DNA of 64,000 bases, from NCBI GenBank assembly GCA_964019335.1, contig OZ025728.1:378377-442376 (forward strand), read 5' to 3'. How positions within the stretch are numbered: the first letter of the stretch is position 1; every line of letters starts with the position of its first letter. A model generated the notes under the pieces. It was not told the origin of the DNA. It saw only the letters and a program-made list of their open reading frames with translations, and made no database searches. The position numbers and the translations under genes were made by a program. This DNA comes from Diplonema japonicum. Lineage: Eukaryota; Protista; Euglenozoa: Diplonemea. This document shows positions 44,446 to 56,564 of the stretch, piece after piece.

Positions 44446-46955
44446 CTGTAAAACAAAAATCACCGGAAGATAAAATGTCCGGAAGAGAAATTGTCCGGAA
44501 GATAAAATGTCCGGAAGCTCTGGCGGTCCGGATATTTTTTCTTCCGGACATTTTTTTCCCGGGACCCCCTTTTCTTTTAAGGGCTGGACCCGAAAACGGA
44601 TGAAACTAGTTTCTGTAGCAAGAGAAAAATCAAACGAAAATCAGAGAGAATTGAATTACGGACTTTTCCAAGAACTAAAAGATACCTCAGATCCTGATTG
44701 TTCGCTTCTACCACAAACTTGTCGAACCGAACCACTCCTTGTGCTTGCTTTAGGGTTGTTCTTGTGCTTTTTATTTCTCATTTTCCTAGCCCCCTAAACA
44801 CATTCCAGACGCTTAATCTTTCATTAAACTTACTCTTCATTAACTTTTTCAAAAATGCAACAGGGCACTTTGACTAACTGGGTTGGCAAGCGTACCTTTT
44901 TGGATGCTGGCAACTCCGGCCATCTTACCCCCAGGGAAGTGCAAGAGATCAACACCTTGCACGCCGCCAAGAAAGCAAGAAAGCCTCCTGCGAAGCTCAA
45001 GCTTGCTGAGGCTGAAAAGGCCAAAATAGGCCGCTACGCAGCCACCCATGGTACCACGGCGGCCCAGCGCTGGTACCGCGCGAAGGAAGACATCACGGTG
45101 CCAACGTCCAGTATATCAGACTGGAAACACCGCTTTGGTAGCTCCGAGGTCGATCCCCCTGCCGCACCCGTTACTGCGGGTCGCAAGCCTCTTCTGAACG
45201 AGGAAGAAACAACCAAGCTCTTTGCTTGGATCCAGGTGCAGAACGGAAGGGGGGTGCCGGTAGCAGCGTCGGACATCTGCCTGTATGCAGAGGGTCTCCT
45301 GCGCTGCAACCCGCTGCGGAAGGAGAACCTCGAGGCGTTTGGGGGAACGGTGTCTTTCTCCCAAGCCTGGGCCAACCAGCTGTGCTCCAAGCATGGCATG
45401 ACAAGCCGCCGCCCAACAACAGGGAAGTCTAGCAGCCTCAATGACACCCAAGCAGCGAGGAGGTTCGCAGTACGTCGGAAGGACCATCAAAGAACATGGG
45501 ATCAGGCCAGAGTTGACCTGGAACATGGACCAGACGGCGCTTCCCCTGCTGCCACTGGGGAAGAAGACGAAGACTAAAAGGGGTTCCAAGGTTGTCAAGG
45601 TTAGGGGCTTGGGGGACAAGCGTGCCGTCACCGGACAGTTTTGTGTTTCCCTGTCTGGTGGCAAACTGCATCCGCAGTTAATTTACACGGGAAGAACAGA
45701 ACCAGCCCGCTGCAGGAAATACCCCGGGTCCGTCCCTCGTGTTGCACACCCCCCAAAAGGCTGGAGTTTAACAGCTTCGAAATCCCACTGGGCCACCCAA
45801 GAAACGCTTCAGCTCTGGGTAAAACGTGTCTTTCTCCCCTGTTGCTATAAACTTATAAAGTCATCGGGCTGGGCACCCAACGAGCCCATCTTGCTCATCC
45901 TAGATGACTACAATGGCCACACTACGGATGATTTTGTGAACTTGTTTTTAGAAACAAACGTTCACTTAGCTTTTGTCCCTCCAGGCCTCACCTATTTGTG
46001 CCAGCCCCTGGACATAGGACTGAACGCCTCAATGAAGGCGACAATCAAGACCAAGTATAAAAAGTGGTCTATGAGGAGGCTGGACAAATATGTGGAAGAA
46101 GGGAACCGTCAGGAAGGGTGGACGGTACCAAGTACAAGTGAGGTAAAAGGACCACATCTGAGGTATTTTTTAAAAAATAAACTAAAATAATTCAACTTGC
46201 CCTCTTTTTTCTGCCAGGTGGGTTGAAGCAGCCTGGGAGCATGTCAGCAGGCAAGCTATACAGGCAAGCTGGGCCCATTGTTTTGGGCGTTTTTTAGAGC
46301 CTTGGTGGAGTCCTGCTTGGGAGAATTCTCTCATTGCAGCAGCATACTGTGGTGTGCTTGCCGTTGCAGCGACGTGCTGCGGAGATGAAGAGTGGGATGA
46401 AGAGTGGGAAGAGTGGGAAGACCAGCAATATGCCAAGCTTGCTAGGCAGCTGGAAGGGGCCAGAGAAGTGTTGGATGACACGATTGTCGTGTCGTCTGAC
46501 ACAAGTACGGTTTCCGCCGCTTCTTGGTGGACGAAGCTTCGTTTTCCGTTTCTTTTTCTTCTTTTTCTTCGGTAGAAATGCTCCCCCCCTTGACCCAGCA
46601 AAGACTTGCTGAGGCCGAGGCCAGGCGCACTGCCAAGGCTGCGAAGGCAGCAAACAAGACGGACAAACGCACTGCCAAGGCTGCGAAGGCAGCAAAGACG
46701 GACAGGTAGGACGTTCCTCACCCCCTTTTTTTAGTTTTATTTTTGCCATTTTTAAGACTCTTGCAACAGAAACATAAGTTTTTCCAGGGAAACATGCAGC
46801 AGACAGGGGGAGGGGACAGTGCGTAGGGCAGGCTAGGTACCCCCTTGAAAAGTGCCCCAAGAAAATGTCCGGAAGATAAAATGTCCGGAAGAAAAAATCA
46901 CCGGATGTTTCGGCGGTCCGGATATTTTATCTTCCGGTGGATTTTTGTTTTACAG
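44446..46955 (+). mobile_element. pogo/Tigger-like DNA transposon with TIRs and TA target duplication
   Basis: TA|CTGTAAAACAAAAATCACCGGAAGATAAAAT ... ATTTTATCTTCCGGTGGATTTTTGTTTTACAG|TA; subterminal AAAATGTCCGGAAG repeats at both ends. Confidence 0.92.
44855..46709 (+). pseudogene. pogo-family DDE transposase (frameshift ~45465; introns 46163-46217 and probably 46505-46575)
   Basis: HTH/CENP-B-like N-terminus, WNMDQT, LILDD, QPLDIGLN; splicing restores WVEAAWEHVS..IQASW. Confidence 0.85.
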
Positions 46956-47237
46956 TATTTTTTTTGTCTAAAACAACTACTCACAAATGAAAACTAGTCT
47001 TTTATACAATGGTCGGCACATGAGGACAACCTATCAATAACCGTGTTAAGGAAGCAATAATGCCAAGAAGGTTTATAATTAATACTCATGATATATCGAC
47101 CTTATACGGAATGAAGGGTACTTGTAACCAAGGATGTTACAAGAAGTGTGTGGCTTTGAAGGAGAAAAGGTAGGGAACTTGAGGCATTTCCAATTGATGT
47201 CGCAGTCGATGCATTATGCAGGGACATGATGGACAGC

Positions 47238-47362
47238 GCTATGATGGAGAAGACGGGGCTGGTCCCGAGATAGTACCAACACCCGCGGATGAATTCTTCT
47301 CAGGTGGGGTTGAGGGTTCTCTGTCATCGTGCACCCGATGAACGAGTCCTGTGTCAACCAGG
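47238..47362 (+). mobile_element. Degenerate fragment of the CRE endonuclease region
   Basis: ATGGAGAAGACGGGGCTG...GTCATCGTGCACCCGATGAACGAGTCCTGTGTCAACCAGG matches the reverse complement of about 25758-25898. Confidence 0.75.
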
Positions 47363-48567
47363 TAGTGAGAATTAACTATATGAGCTCGTCCGGAAAAAAA
47401 TGTCAACAAATGCCTCTCCTATGTGGTGTAAAACTAAAAATGCACCCAACATTGTGCACGAAACACAAGGTTTTTTTTAAAAAAAAAAGTTGAAGACACA
47501 AAAATCTTCAATGTGTATTTCAATGTTACACAAGCTGTAAGTGACCAGGTTGCACATTCTCCACCATAAAAGGACGGAGGCAAACGAAAGTTGCAATCAT
47601 CGCTGTGCTCATGCGGTGCAAGCCTGGCCTCTGTCATCATCCAGCTTTGGTCTTGTGCCGAAGTAAGTAATCTCCAACACGAATATACTCAAAAACAGAT
47701 CCTGTGTAGAGTACAGTCTTGCCCTTCGTGAGCCCATCAAACCAACAATGGAATATAAGAACCCTTCGTTTAATACCGAAAATTATGCTGCAGGAAAGGT
47801 CTTGAAAAGTGAAAAGCTGTAACAACTTGGAATCGAACCAGTAACACTAAATTTTCTCTATCAATTCCTCTTGTATTTTGCCTTTTTTCAAGCAATGACA
47901 AGATTAAGGAGTTGCTCGGTTCAATTTCACGTTTCTTTGGGTTTCCTTTGTTGTAATCGAGGATGTGTGCATAACCTGTGGCAAAGATCTTACCTGATTG
48001 GTGTCTGGCCTGATCAAGTAGGGTGCCGACATATCAACGGTCCTTGCATTGCACTTCGCTTGGAACGTTGGTAGGGGCTGGGCTTGCCTGGCTTCCACAA
48101 TGAAATTTTTGGTAGCGGTGGTGCTGCGCTTGCGCAAACCCACCTTTCTTTTTTTTGTTTTGTTTTTCTCAAACATTTCGTTGCCCAGCCTCCTGAGCGT
48201 TATAACATGTGAGTAAGAAAATGAGGTTTTTTTTTTGTTTTGTTTTTCTCCTAAACATGACCATGCACCTACGTGCAAGATCCGCTGCGCAGATCATTAC
48301 AAACAAACATCATCAAAACAGAGGATTTCACAGCAGAAGACCTGCATGACGGCGATGACGTCCTAACGGTGGGGGGCGTGAGGAGACATAAACCTGCACC
48401 ACAAAACGTGGAGTGCACACATGACAGAGGACGTTCGCTTGGAACGTTGGTAGGGGCTGGGCTTGCCTGGCTTCCACAGGTGCTGCGCTTGCGCAAACCC
48501 ACCTTTCTTTTTTTTTTTTTGGTGGTGGGGATAACACAGAAATATGGAAATATAAAGATACATCAGA

Positions 48568-48922
48568 AACACTTTACCTGAGACTGCTCAGAACGCGCGC
48601 GTCGGACATTTTTGTTTTGTTTTTTGCTGTGCTTTGTTGCTTTTTTGTTGCCACCCAGCGCTTAATATATAAAAAAGGAATAACATTTCTCGAAAACGGG
48701 AAAATTCGGGTAAGATGCCTGTATTATTTATTTTATTATTTGCACCACCCCAAAAGTACTTTGTCAAAAGAAATACATGTAAACTTTTATGGAGACACGA
48801 AACATGTAAAGCAGAGAGGTAGCAACTAGAGAGGAAAATTTGTGTTAAAAAGTTGTGTCTCCATGTGCCCGTCTTCGCACGTCTCAGGTGTGTTTCTGCA
48901 CAAATTGTGCAATTTGTTATCG
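48568..48922. repeat. ~355-bp direct repeat, second copy at 51494-51851
   Basis: Near-identical sequence (CCTGAGACTGCTCAGAACGCGCGCGTCGGAC ... GCAATTTGTTATCGA). Confidence 0.9.
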
Positions 48923-49686
48923 ATGTGTTGTTCGCTGTTGACCTCCACATCGGTCATCACCGGCAGCGCCCGAGTGGAAGAACGTATTGTAGATGCTCAG
49001 GGTGACGAACAGGCAGCAAACTGCACGGGCTCAGAATCTTGGTTACCAGGCACCATGGCTGGGGTTGAGTTGCACACCGCACGCATTAAGGACACGACGC
49101 GGAACGCAGAAGAAGCTACAACTAGGCCGAGGTGCGCCCCCTGTAATCAAGTAGACGATACTTGTGCAGGGCGCCCTGCCACATACTGCAGGCACCCTTA
49201 AATAGTCTCTTTTTTTTGTTTTTTTTTTGTTTTGTTTTTCTCCTGAAAGGTGGACATGATCATGGTGAGACACCAAATTTGATTCAACATCACAAGAAAT
49301 GTTCACAGCGGGATTGCCCAGCCTCCTGAGATGTGAGTAAGAAAATGAGTATAATTGTTCTTTACTTGAGGGCACAATGTTGTCGCTTGCCAACCCAGTT
49401 AGTCAAAGTTCCCTGTTGCATTTTAAAGTTGAAGATTGATAAGAGATAAGTGTTTGCAATGTGTTCAAAGTTACTAGGTACTGTCCTGTGAAATAAAATA
49501 ACCATTGGATTTGCTGAAAAAAAGAACTTTCCAAGGTTTGAACCCCTGCTGCGATGACACGTCTTGCATTAGGCCACGGAATGGATATGTTTCGTTTTCT
49601 TTCACAAACCGCTTACAAAAAGAAAATAAGCCGTGATTGGGAGACGAAGTAAGCAACGGCCCACCGCAGTGCGTGTCCTGGGGGTG

Positions 49687-49719
<33 letters not shown>

Positions 49720-49808
49720 CGTCCCGAAGTAAACCCAACTTTCGGTACCGGGGCTCCTCCTGCTTGCTGAAGCCTGGCCCTTTGCTTTATTTGAATCGAG
49801 GTATTTAA

Positions 49809-49920
49809 GGGGTCGAATACACACACACACACATGAAAATGTAAGCCCAACCCGAGTGTGTGTGGTGGCTGCCCACCTCCCTGTGGTGGTCCTGGGCAAC
49901 GTGCACGGCTAAGAGGCAGC
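49809..49920 (+). ncRNA. Putative HDV-like self-cleaving ribozyme
   Basis: P2 GCTGCC/GGCAGC, P3 ACC/GGT, L3 TCCCTGT, P1.1 GG then GCAAC, J4/2 GCTAA; weak P1 GGGGTC/GGTCCT; CACAC/GTGTG hairpin in J1/2. Confidence 0.65.
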
Positions 49921-50714
49921 TTCCCTCTTGTTGTGTGGGGTGACGTGTGGGGACGCTGGACTCCTGGCCGAGCAAAGAGAGGGGGATGCTGGAGCGAAGA
50001 CGGTCTGTTTGGCACAAGCTGCGGGGCACTGGGAGCAGGGGTGTAACCAACAGACTCGTTCTGAGCGAAGGCATGTCTCGGGTGGAGTGGAGCCAGGGGG
50101 CGTTCGTGCTTATCCGGGCCCCGACCGGCCCTCTACATCAACCCTATCCTCTCCCATCCCCTTCTTTCCTCTCACGAGCAGGCCCTGCCGCTCCATCACG
50201 CTGGCTGCCTCCCTAGCTGCCTTCCTACAACTAGGAACAATCGGAAACAACCCTACACAATGTAGGAGTGCTGGCCCGGCGTGCTACGAGGGCGATAGGC
50301 TATGCAAGGTTTCACAGACCTCGCACCCTATTAGTTAGTTTCCACCCTTTCCATTTTCTATCCAATTTTAAACTTTTTATTACCCTTTCTGCTTTTTCCT
50401 TTTCCTACATGTTTTCGGTCCCGGGTATGACGTTAAACTGCGTCCGCCGACGCGTCTGAACCAGCACTTCCTGGCGACCAGGCCGTCTTTTCTCTTTTCC
50501 TACTTCACTTCGTTCCGTTATTTTCATTATTCTTTCCGGTGATAGACTGATACGGGCCATGGAAGCAACCTCTGCTTAATCCCTGGTACGTGGGAGGATG
50601 TCAGTCACCTTTTTCCTTTTTTATTCGACTCTGTTTTCGTATGCAGTATTTATTCTTTTCCACCCCTTTTTATCGATTTCTTCGCTTCTCTATTCTAACT
50701 TAAAATCATTTCAG

Positions 50715-50845
50715 TTACCGTGAACGGTGGAAAAAAAGTTGTGGTTACTGTGGACGGTGGAAAAATAGTTGCAGGTTACCGTAGATGGTGGAAAAAAAGT
50801 TGGAGGTTGAAGGCGACGGTGGAAAAAAGTTATTTGGTTACCGTG
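50715..50845. repeat. ~30-31-bp tandem repeat x4 (TTACCGTG..CGGTGGAAAAAAAGTT)
   Basis: Directly visible. Confidence 0.75.
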
Positions 50846-51190
50846 TGCGCTGTTTTTCCAAAATCTTGGACCGATTTGGCATGTTGAATTTTCCCGTAGG
50901 AAACTCACGGCCCTGGAGAAGCCTCTCCAGGGCCTGCAGAGTGTGCAAGGTTTTAGCATGTGTTAAAATTTCCCTTACGAAGAAAAAAGGGCTTGAAAAA
51001 AAATCTTATGTAGTCCTTACGTAACCCTCTTCGGCCGGATGGAACCCTTGTATCTTCTTGTACTCATAGTGGGCTCAATTCCAGTTGGTTTTTGTTCTCA
51101 TGTTGCAGATTAGTGGTGTCCTCCATGGTCTCTGGGCAAATATAGGGAAGGGTTTTTTGTTGTTTAGGTATTGCTTTGTTCTGAGAGGGC

Positions 51191-51381
51191 ATACCTTCTC
51201 GGCCTTTTGGCTAAGATCAAGTGTAGTATCTGTTCTTATCAGCTTAATATCTGATACAGCACCTCGTGTGCTGCGATATTAAACTAATTTGTCGTTGGGG
51301 GTGGCAGGTAGCTCAGGGCAACCTGAGTCTGTCCACAGGTGTTGCCCTGGAGCTGCACAACATCCAGGAGTGGCACACCCT
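51191..51381 (+). ncRNA. U2 spliceosomal snRNA
   Basis: ATACCTTCTCGGCCTTTTGGCTAAGATCAAGTGTAGTATCTGTTCTTATCAG matches the conserved U2 5' end with the GTAGTA branch-point-pairing sequence; stem-loops IIa, IIb, III and IV can form. Confidence 0.95.
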
Positions 51382-54300
51382 ACTCTTCTTTTTTAAAATC
51401 CACTAACTCAAACGCAATAATTCACGCACAAGAGACGAGATGAACGTACTTCACGGGCCACAGCGCAGATGTGGACACAAGGTATACGCAAAGAAACACT
51501 ATACCTGAGACTGCTCAGAACGCGCGCGTCGGACATTTTTGTTTTGTTTTTTGCTGTGCTTTGTTGCTTTTTTGTTGCCACCCAGCGCTTAATATATAAA
51601 AAAGGAATAACATTTCTCGAAAACGGGAAAATTCGGGTAAGATGCCTGTATTATTTATATTATTATTTGCGCCACCCCAAAAAGTACTTTGTCAAAAGAA
51701 ATACATGTAAACTCTTATGGAGACACGAAACATGTAAAGCAGAGAGGTAGCAACTAGAGAGGAAAATTCGTGTTAAAAAGTTGTGTCTCCATGTGCCCGT
51801 CTTCGCACGTCTCAGGTGTGTTTCTGCACAAATTGTGCAATTTGTTATCGAAGAAGGACCGTCTGGACTTTTTTAGGGCGAACCGGCGGTCGGGCAAGGC
51901 CGCCGTTCATGCGCTAGCTGAAGAACACCGAGCGGACAAACTCTCGCACACAAAACTAGCGACGGCCGGGGTCGTCGAAGCGGAGAGGGACCAACCACGG
52001 CGCACCCCCCCCAATAACCTGTTCCCTGGACATCTGTGCTCCGCAAGCAAATGTGGACAAATCACATGCGTTCACAAAAACAGGTGAACTAGGGGAGAAG
52101 CTAGAATGCTCTGGCATGTCCTTCAAAGGTCATACAGGAGGTAAAGTCTACTTAGTGTAGCGCTACCTGGCCACACAGCCCTACCTGAAGCGAAGGTTTG
52201 CTGTACCGCGATCAACTGCATTGTGAGAGAGGGAAGAGGGTCGGAGGAGTTATGGGGCCGAATCAAGAAGATAGCTCAGATATAAGGAGCTACCAGCAGT
52301 GGGGCCAGTGGGAACGGCCGTACGCAGGTGGCTTTTTGTTCCCACTTGCAATATCATTTCAGCTACCGTTAGCAGAGAAGAAGTGGCAGTTCATGGAAGG
52401 ACTGCACGAGAAGTCAGCTCACGAGAGCTATCATGAAGCTTGACCAACGTTTGAGGACGCAGAGAAGGGGGCATATCCTCTTACGAACAGCATATGGAGA
52501 AAAACACTGGCGTCTGGAGTCTGCTGGAGAGAAAAGCCTCAATAGAGTGCAAGCATGTGCGGCAAAGGGCAACAAAGCGGCTTTCCTGCAGGAAGGATGA
52601 CCAGAGTACACCTGGGTGCTCCAGCGATGCATTGAGAGCACCCATGCATCCAAGGGGAAAAGTCTGTCCTGGATGGTAGGCTCGAATCCAGACCCTGTGG
52701 TCTTTTCACTTTTGGAGGGCACAACACCGACCCCCCCCTTTTGGAAGGATAGAGAAAATCAGCCGGGATGTGTAGGCAGCATCCTGAAACACCCAGCTTT
52801 GGGGGGGCAAGCGACGATGTGGAACTGGGTCGTTCCTGTGTGGGGATCGGAGGCGCAGTGTGCTGTGCTGATGTTCTGTCCTGGTTAGTCCGGTGTGCTC
52901 AGTGAGGGCTTGTCGCAAGACTCGTCGACACAGAGCTTGAAGAGGGACGAACCGGGCCAGGCTGGCCATCAGAGCAGCTCCTAGTTCCCGCAACGGACAG
53001 TTCCAGGATAGCAGAACTGAGCAGTGCCTGTGTCTCTGCCACTCAGACTACCTGAACCGCATCGCCCATCTTTTTTGCTTGCTTGCTTTTTCATATTGGT
53101 GAGAGTGGTTCAGCTACCGCCGCGCATTTCAGTTCCGCGAAGTTGCGAATGTTGGGGGCGCTGCCGAGAAGCGAGAAGACCGAGATCACAGCGCCGTGGC
53201 ATGGACAAGCTACCTACAAGCGTGGCAAGCAGCACTGGAACAACCCGAAGCCCGTAAACCCGCAAACCCGGCAACGGAAGAACACGCAAGCCCAAACCTG
53301 AATGGGCAAGACAGGCCACGCAGACGATCTCACGAAGCCAGCTACTGCACCAAAGGACAGACGGACTACCACACGGGGCAACCAGTCTGCGACAAGAAAT
53401 CTGACAAGCCCCAGTCCCCAAAGACATTCCGGAGGCAGAAGTCTGCATCACGGGACAAGCGGGCCCTAGTCTCTAGAAAGACTCCAGCTGCAGCCGAGCC
53501 CCAGCAACAACCAAGGAGGGCGCTCGACGACAACGGAGAGGTACAGATCTCAACAACGGCCACTACCAAGCAGTTGCTAGGAAGATCATGCACACCTCCT
53601 CCGGACTGACGGTGGGCGTCGTACTTTCGTGCAAAGGAATTTTGCTACTTTGTTCTTTTTGGTCTTCGTTATGTCTATCCTGATCGGACGTTTTCCCTGT
53701 GGTTTCTGGGCAAAAACAGCAGGGACAGCCACTTTGGTGTGCTCTCTCGTGTTTGGCTTTGGGTGCCTCGTTCCACAACAATTAAAACTGTGGAACAAAT
53801 AGCTAACATCACCAATACGATACGGTGCACCGTGCATGTAGTTACTGATGTCTTTAGCCCGTACAAAAAGAAAATTCTTGAGTTTCCAGATTTTACAGGT
53901 GCATATGAGCTCAGGAGCACACCAGAGGGTGTATTTGCTACGTGCGCATCCACGAGCAAGAAGGAACTAAAGTACATCATCAAACTCGATGCAGACAGGG
54001 CAGAGAAAAGGCCCCCAGTCTGTGAATCTCGTGATGAGTATGAGGACGTTCCTGATAGCCTTCCAGGACTTGAAAAACGAGAAAGAATAGTAACCAAATT
54101 ACAAAAATACTCGACACCCCCCATGACAAGCCCAAAGCACCAAGTACACCTACGAATGAGCCTCTTAAAACCCCCCAAAATGCAGTAGAAGGCCTAATAG
54201 TATGAAAAAGAAACGAGATCGCCCACCCAGCAGCAGCACATCTCAGCCGCAGAAGATTAGGAAATGAAGGTTTCCACTTCCAACATCATTTCAGCCACCT

Positions 54301-55202
54301 TCTAGTAGTGAGTTCCGCTATTTCTTGCTATTGAAAGCATACTCTCTGACTTTACCAAAACCACTAAAACCCGATTTGACCCTAAAACTGAATTTTTCAT
54401 AGGTCAAAAGCACTCTCGAGCGATTTCTGACCCGGGTTCTTTCCTCATATGGGCCGGGGAATATAGAGAATCTTTTTTTAAAGGGGGTGGCATGCCCAAA
54501 GATGCAACGAAAGTGTCAATTGGCCTCATTTTTTTTGGGGGGGGTTTGAAATCAACCCATATTAAAATCAATCCAAGTCACGAAGTACATGTGGAGTCGC
54601 CCTCACAGAAGGGCCTTTTATGCACATCTTACTTGAGCAGACGTCAGACATGATATATCGACCAAATGATAATAATACAAAGATCCTTTCTTCATACGGA
54701 ATTAAGGGCACTAGTAAACAAGGGTGTTACAAGAAGTGTGCGGCTTTGCAGGAGGAAAGGTGGGGAGCTTGAGGCTGTACATTAGTGAGTACGCGACGTG
54801 TGGTTGTCTGCTGGTCAGAGGATGGGACATCCGTATCAGTAATCCATCTTTCGATAGGTCTTGAAATCGAAGGGTGACATGCAGATTACGCCTACGCTGG
54901 CGGTTTGTGTTACGGTACAATAGTAATAGGCCAATTTTTGCTCGGTTCAGTTGTGGGGCAACTTGTATTGTAGGAGACTTCAAAATACCAGGGAGGAGCG
55001 AGTGGCCGCGCCAGGTTTGAGAAGGCCTGATTAGAGATGGTGACAGTGGCAATGCCAGCGACAGCAGCAGCTCTTAGTCAACAAAAGGGGGGGGCAACTT
55101 GTATTGTAACCTTTGTTTCCCCTCTCTTGTTGTACCCCTTGTTTCCTTTATGTACCTCGTGGTGAAGTAACTTCAGTGTGTCGTGAAATAATAACTATTT
55201 AT

Positions 55203-55931
55203 ATAACTCGAGCCGGGTTTTCAAGGGTGGGAGTGAAAATAATATTTTACATTATGTCACTCCCAGCTTTATTTTCACTCCCAGTTTACCTTGAATTAGG
55301 CCCAGGAGTGAAATAATGTTCGAGCGTGAAATAATGTAACATTATTCCACTCCTGGGCCTAATTTCACCTATTTCACCTATTTTTACAATGGGAAGGAAG
55401 CCGAAGGCAAAAGGCGAAGGGTACAAAGGCAGAGGCGTCGAAGATCATGAACGTTAGCTTGCCATGAAAAGCACCAGCACTTACGAAGCAGAGTGGCACC
55501 GCTTTTGCTCTTTTGACAACTTCAGAACAACAAGATCGAAAAGCCCGATGGAAGACGAGTTAGTATTGTATTTCCAAGATATGAAGGACAATTTGGGTAA
55601 GTTACAGCAAGATCAACGCCATCATCCAACGAAACTTCGGTAAAAAAAATGCAGAGCTTTCCCAGGGTTGCACTGCTTTTGAAGCGCTTTGAAGAAGGCC
55701 ATGAGGTGAAAAAAGCTTCGGTGTTCAGTCAGGAACAAATGAAAGAGTATCTGGCAATGAAAATCAGCGACCCCTACAACATAGTGTGTCAGGCATATGC
55801 AGCTTGCATGTTTGCAGGACAAAAGAGTCGCACAAACTGAAATTTAGCGACGACACCCTGTAACCCAAATCCCACTTTTCACCTGTTGTAACCCTGTAAC
55901 CTCCCACCCTTTCAAACCCGGCTCTTGTCAT
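55203..55931 (+). mobile_element. Internally deleted element with a Crypton-like tyrosine recombinase relic and inverted ends
   Basis: Fragments YEAEWHRF..EDELVLYFQ and FPRVALLLKRFEEGHEVKKASVFSQEQMKEYL resemble the Crypton/DIRS YR N-terminal half; imperfect inverted repeat 55210-55233 / 55901-55924. Confidence 0.55.
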
Positions 55932-56564
55932 CAGTAAAGTCATTACTTGTTGGCAGTAAATAGCATTAGTAACCCTCTGCAGAAAGTAACTGAAGAAAAA
56001 GGAGGGGTTTATGGTACGATCTGTTATAATCTGACGATTATGCTGGAGCGAGGTCGGTATTGTCTTCCTATAATCCATGCAGATGTGTCACCACGCAGGC
56101 CCTTTTGGGTATCACCTCTTAAAACCTTTTTTTTAATAATAATAATAATAATAAATATTCCACTACCAGGCGGGAGGATCGAAGGGGAGTAGAGAAAACC
56201 AAAGGGAATGGGACATCACTTCAAACCAAGAGAGGTGTTTGAAAGTGATTCGTGAAAAGCAGTCTCTGTTACTGAGCCATTGGTCGAGGGGTCCTGGTCC
56301 GCTGCTCCCTGTTGTAAATTACTTGGACCCCCTCACCACGCTCTTTTCATAATAAAATAAAACCGATCCCACCCACCAGGCAGCACCTGGGTCTCGAGGC
56401 ATTAGCCGCCTCTAGTAACAAGAGACGACCTCCCAGATTTTAAGAACTTTGGAGGAGTTTCAATTGTGAAAAATTAACCAGCTGACTGTGAAACTCCACC
56501 GTCTGCTGGACTTGTTGGGCTTTCGGGAGCCAATAAATTCAATTCAATTAAGTTTCGTTCTACA

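Noticed and set aside
48568-48620. ACTTTACCTG...ATTTTTG resembling a short U1 snRNA
   Set aside because: The second copy reads ACTATACCTG, no U1 stem-loops are evident, and it fits a minus-strand splice donor equally well.
52660-52705. GGCTCGAATCC B-box/tRNA-like motif
   Set aside because: No cloverleaf can be formed.
52190-54190. Possible decayed endonuclease or transposase remnants
   Set aside because: Only vague motif echoes; not enough to support a call.
54245-54265. GCAGAAGATTAG similar to the U6 core
   Set aside because: Lacks ACAGAGA and the rest of U6.
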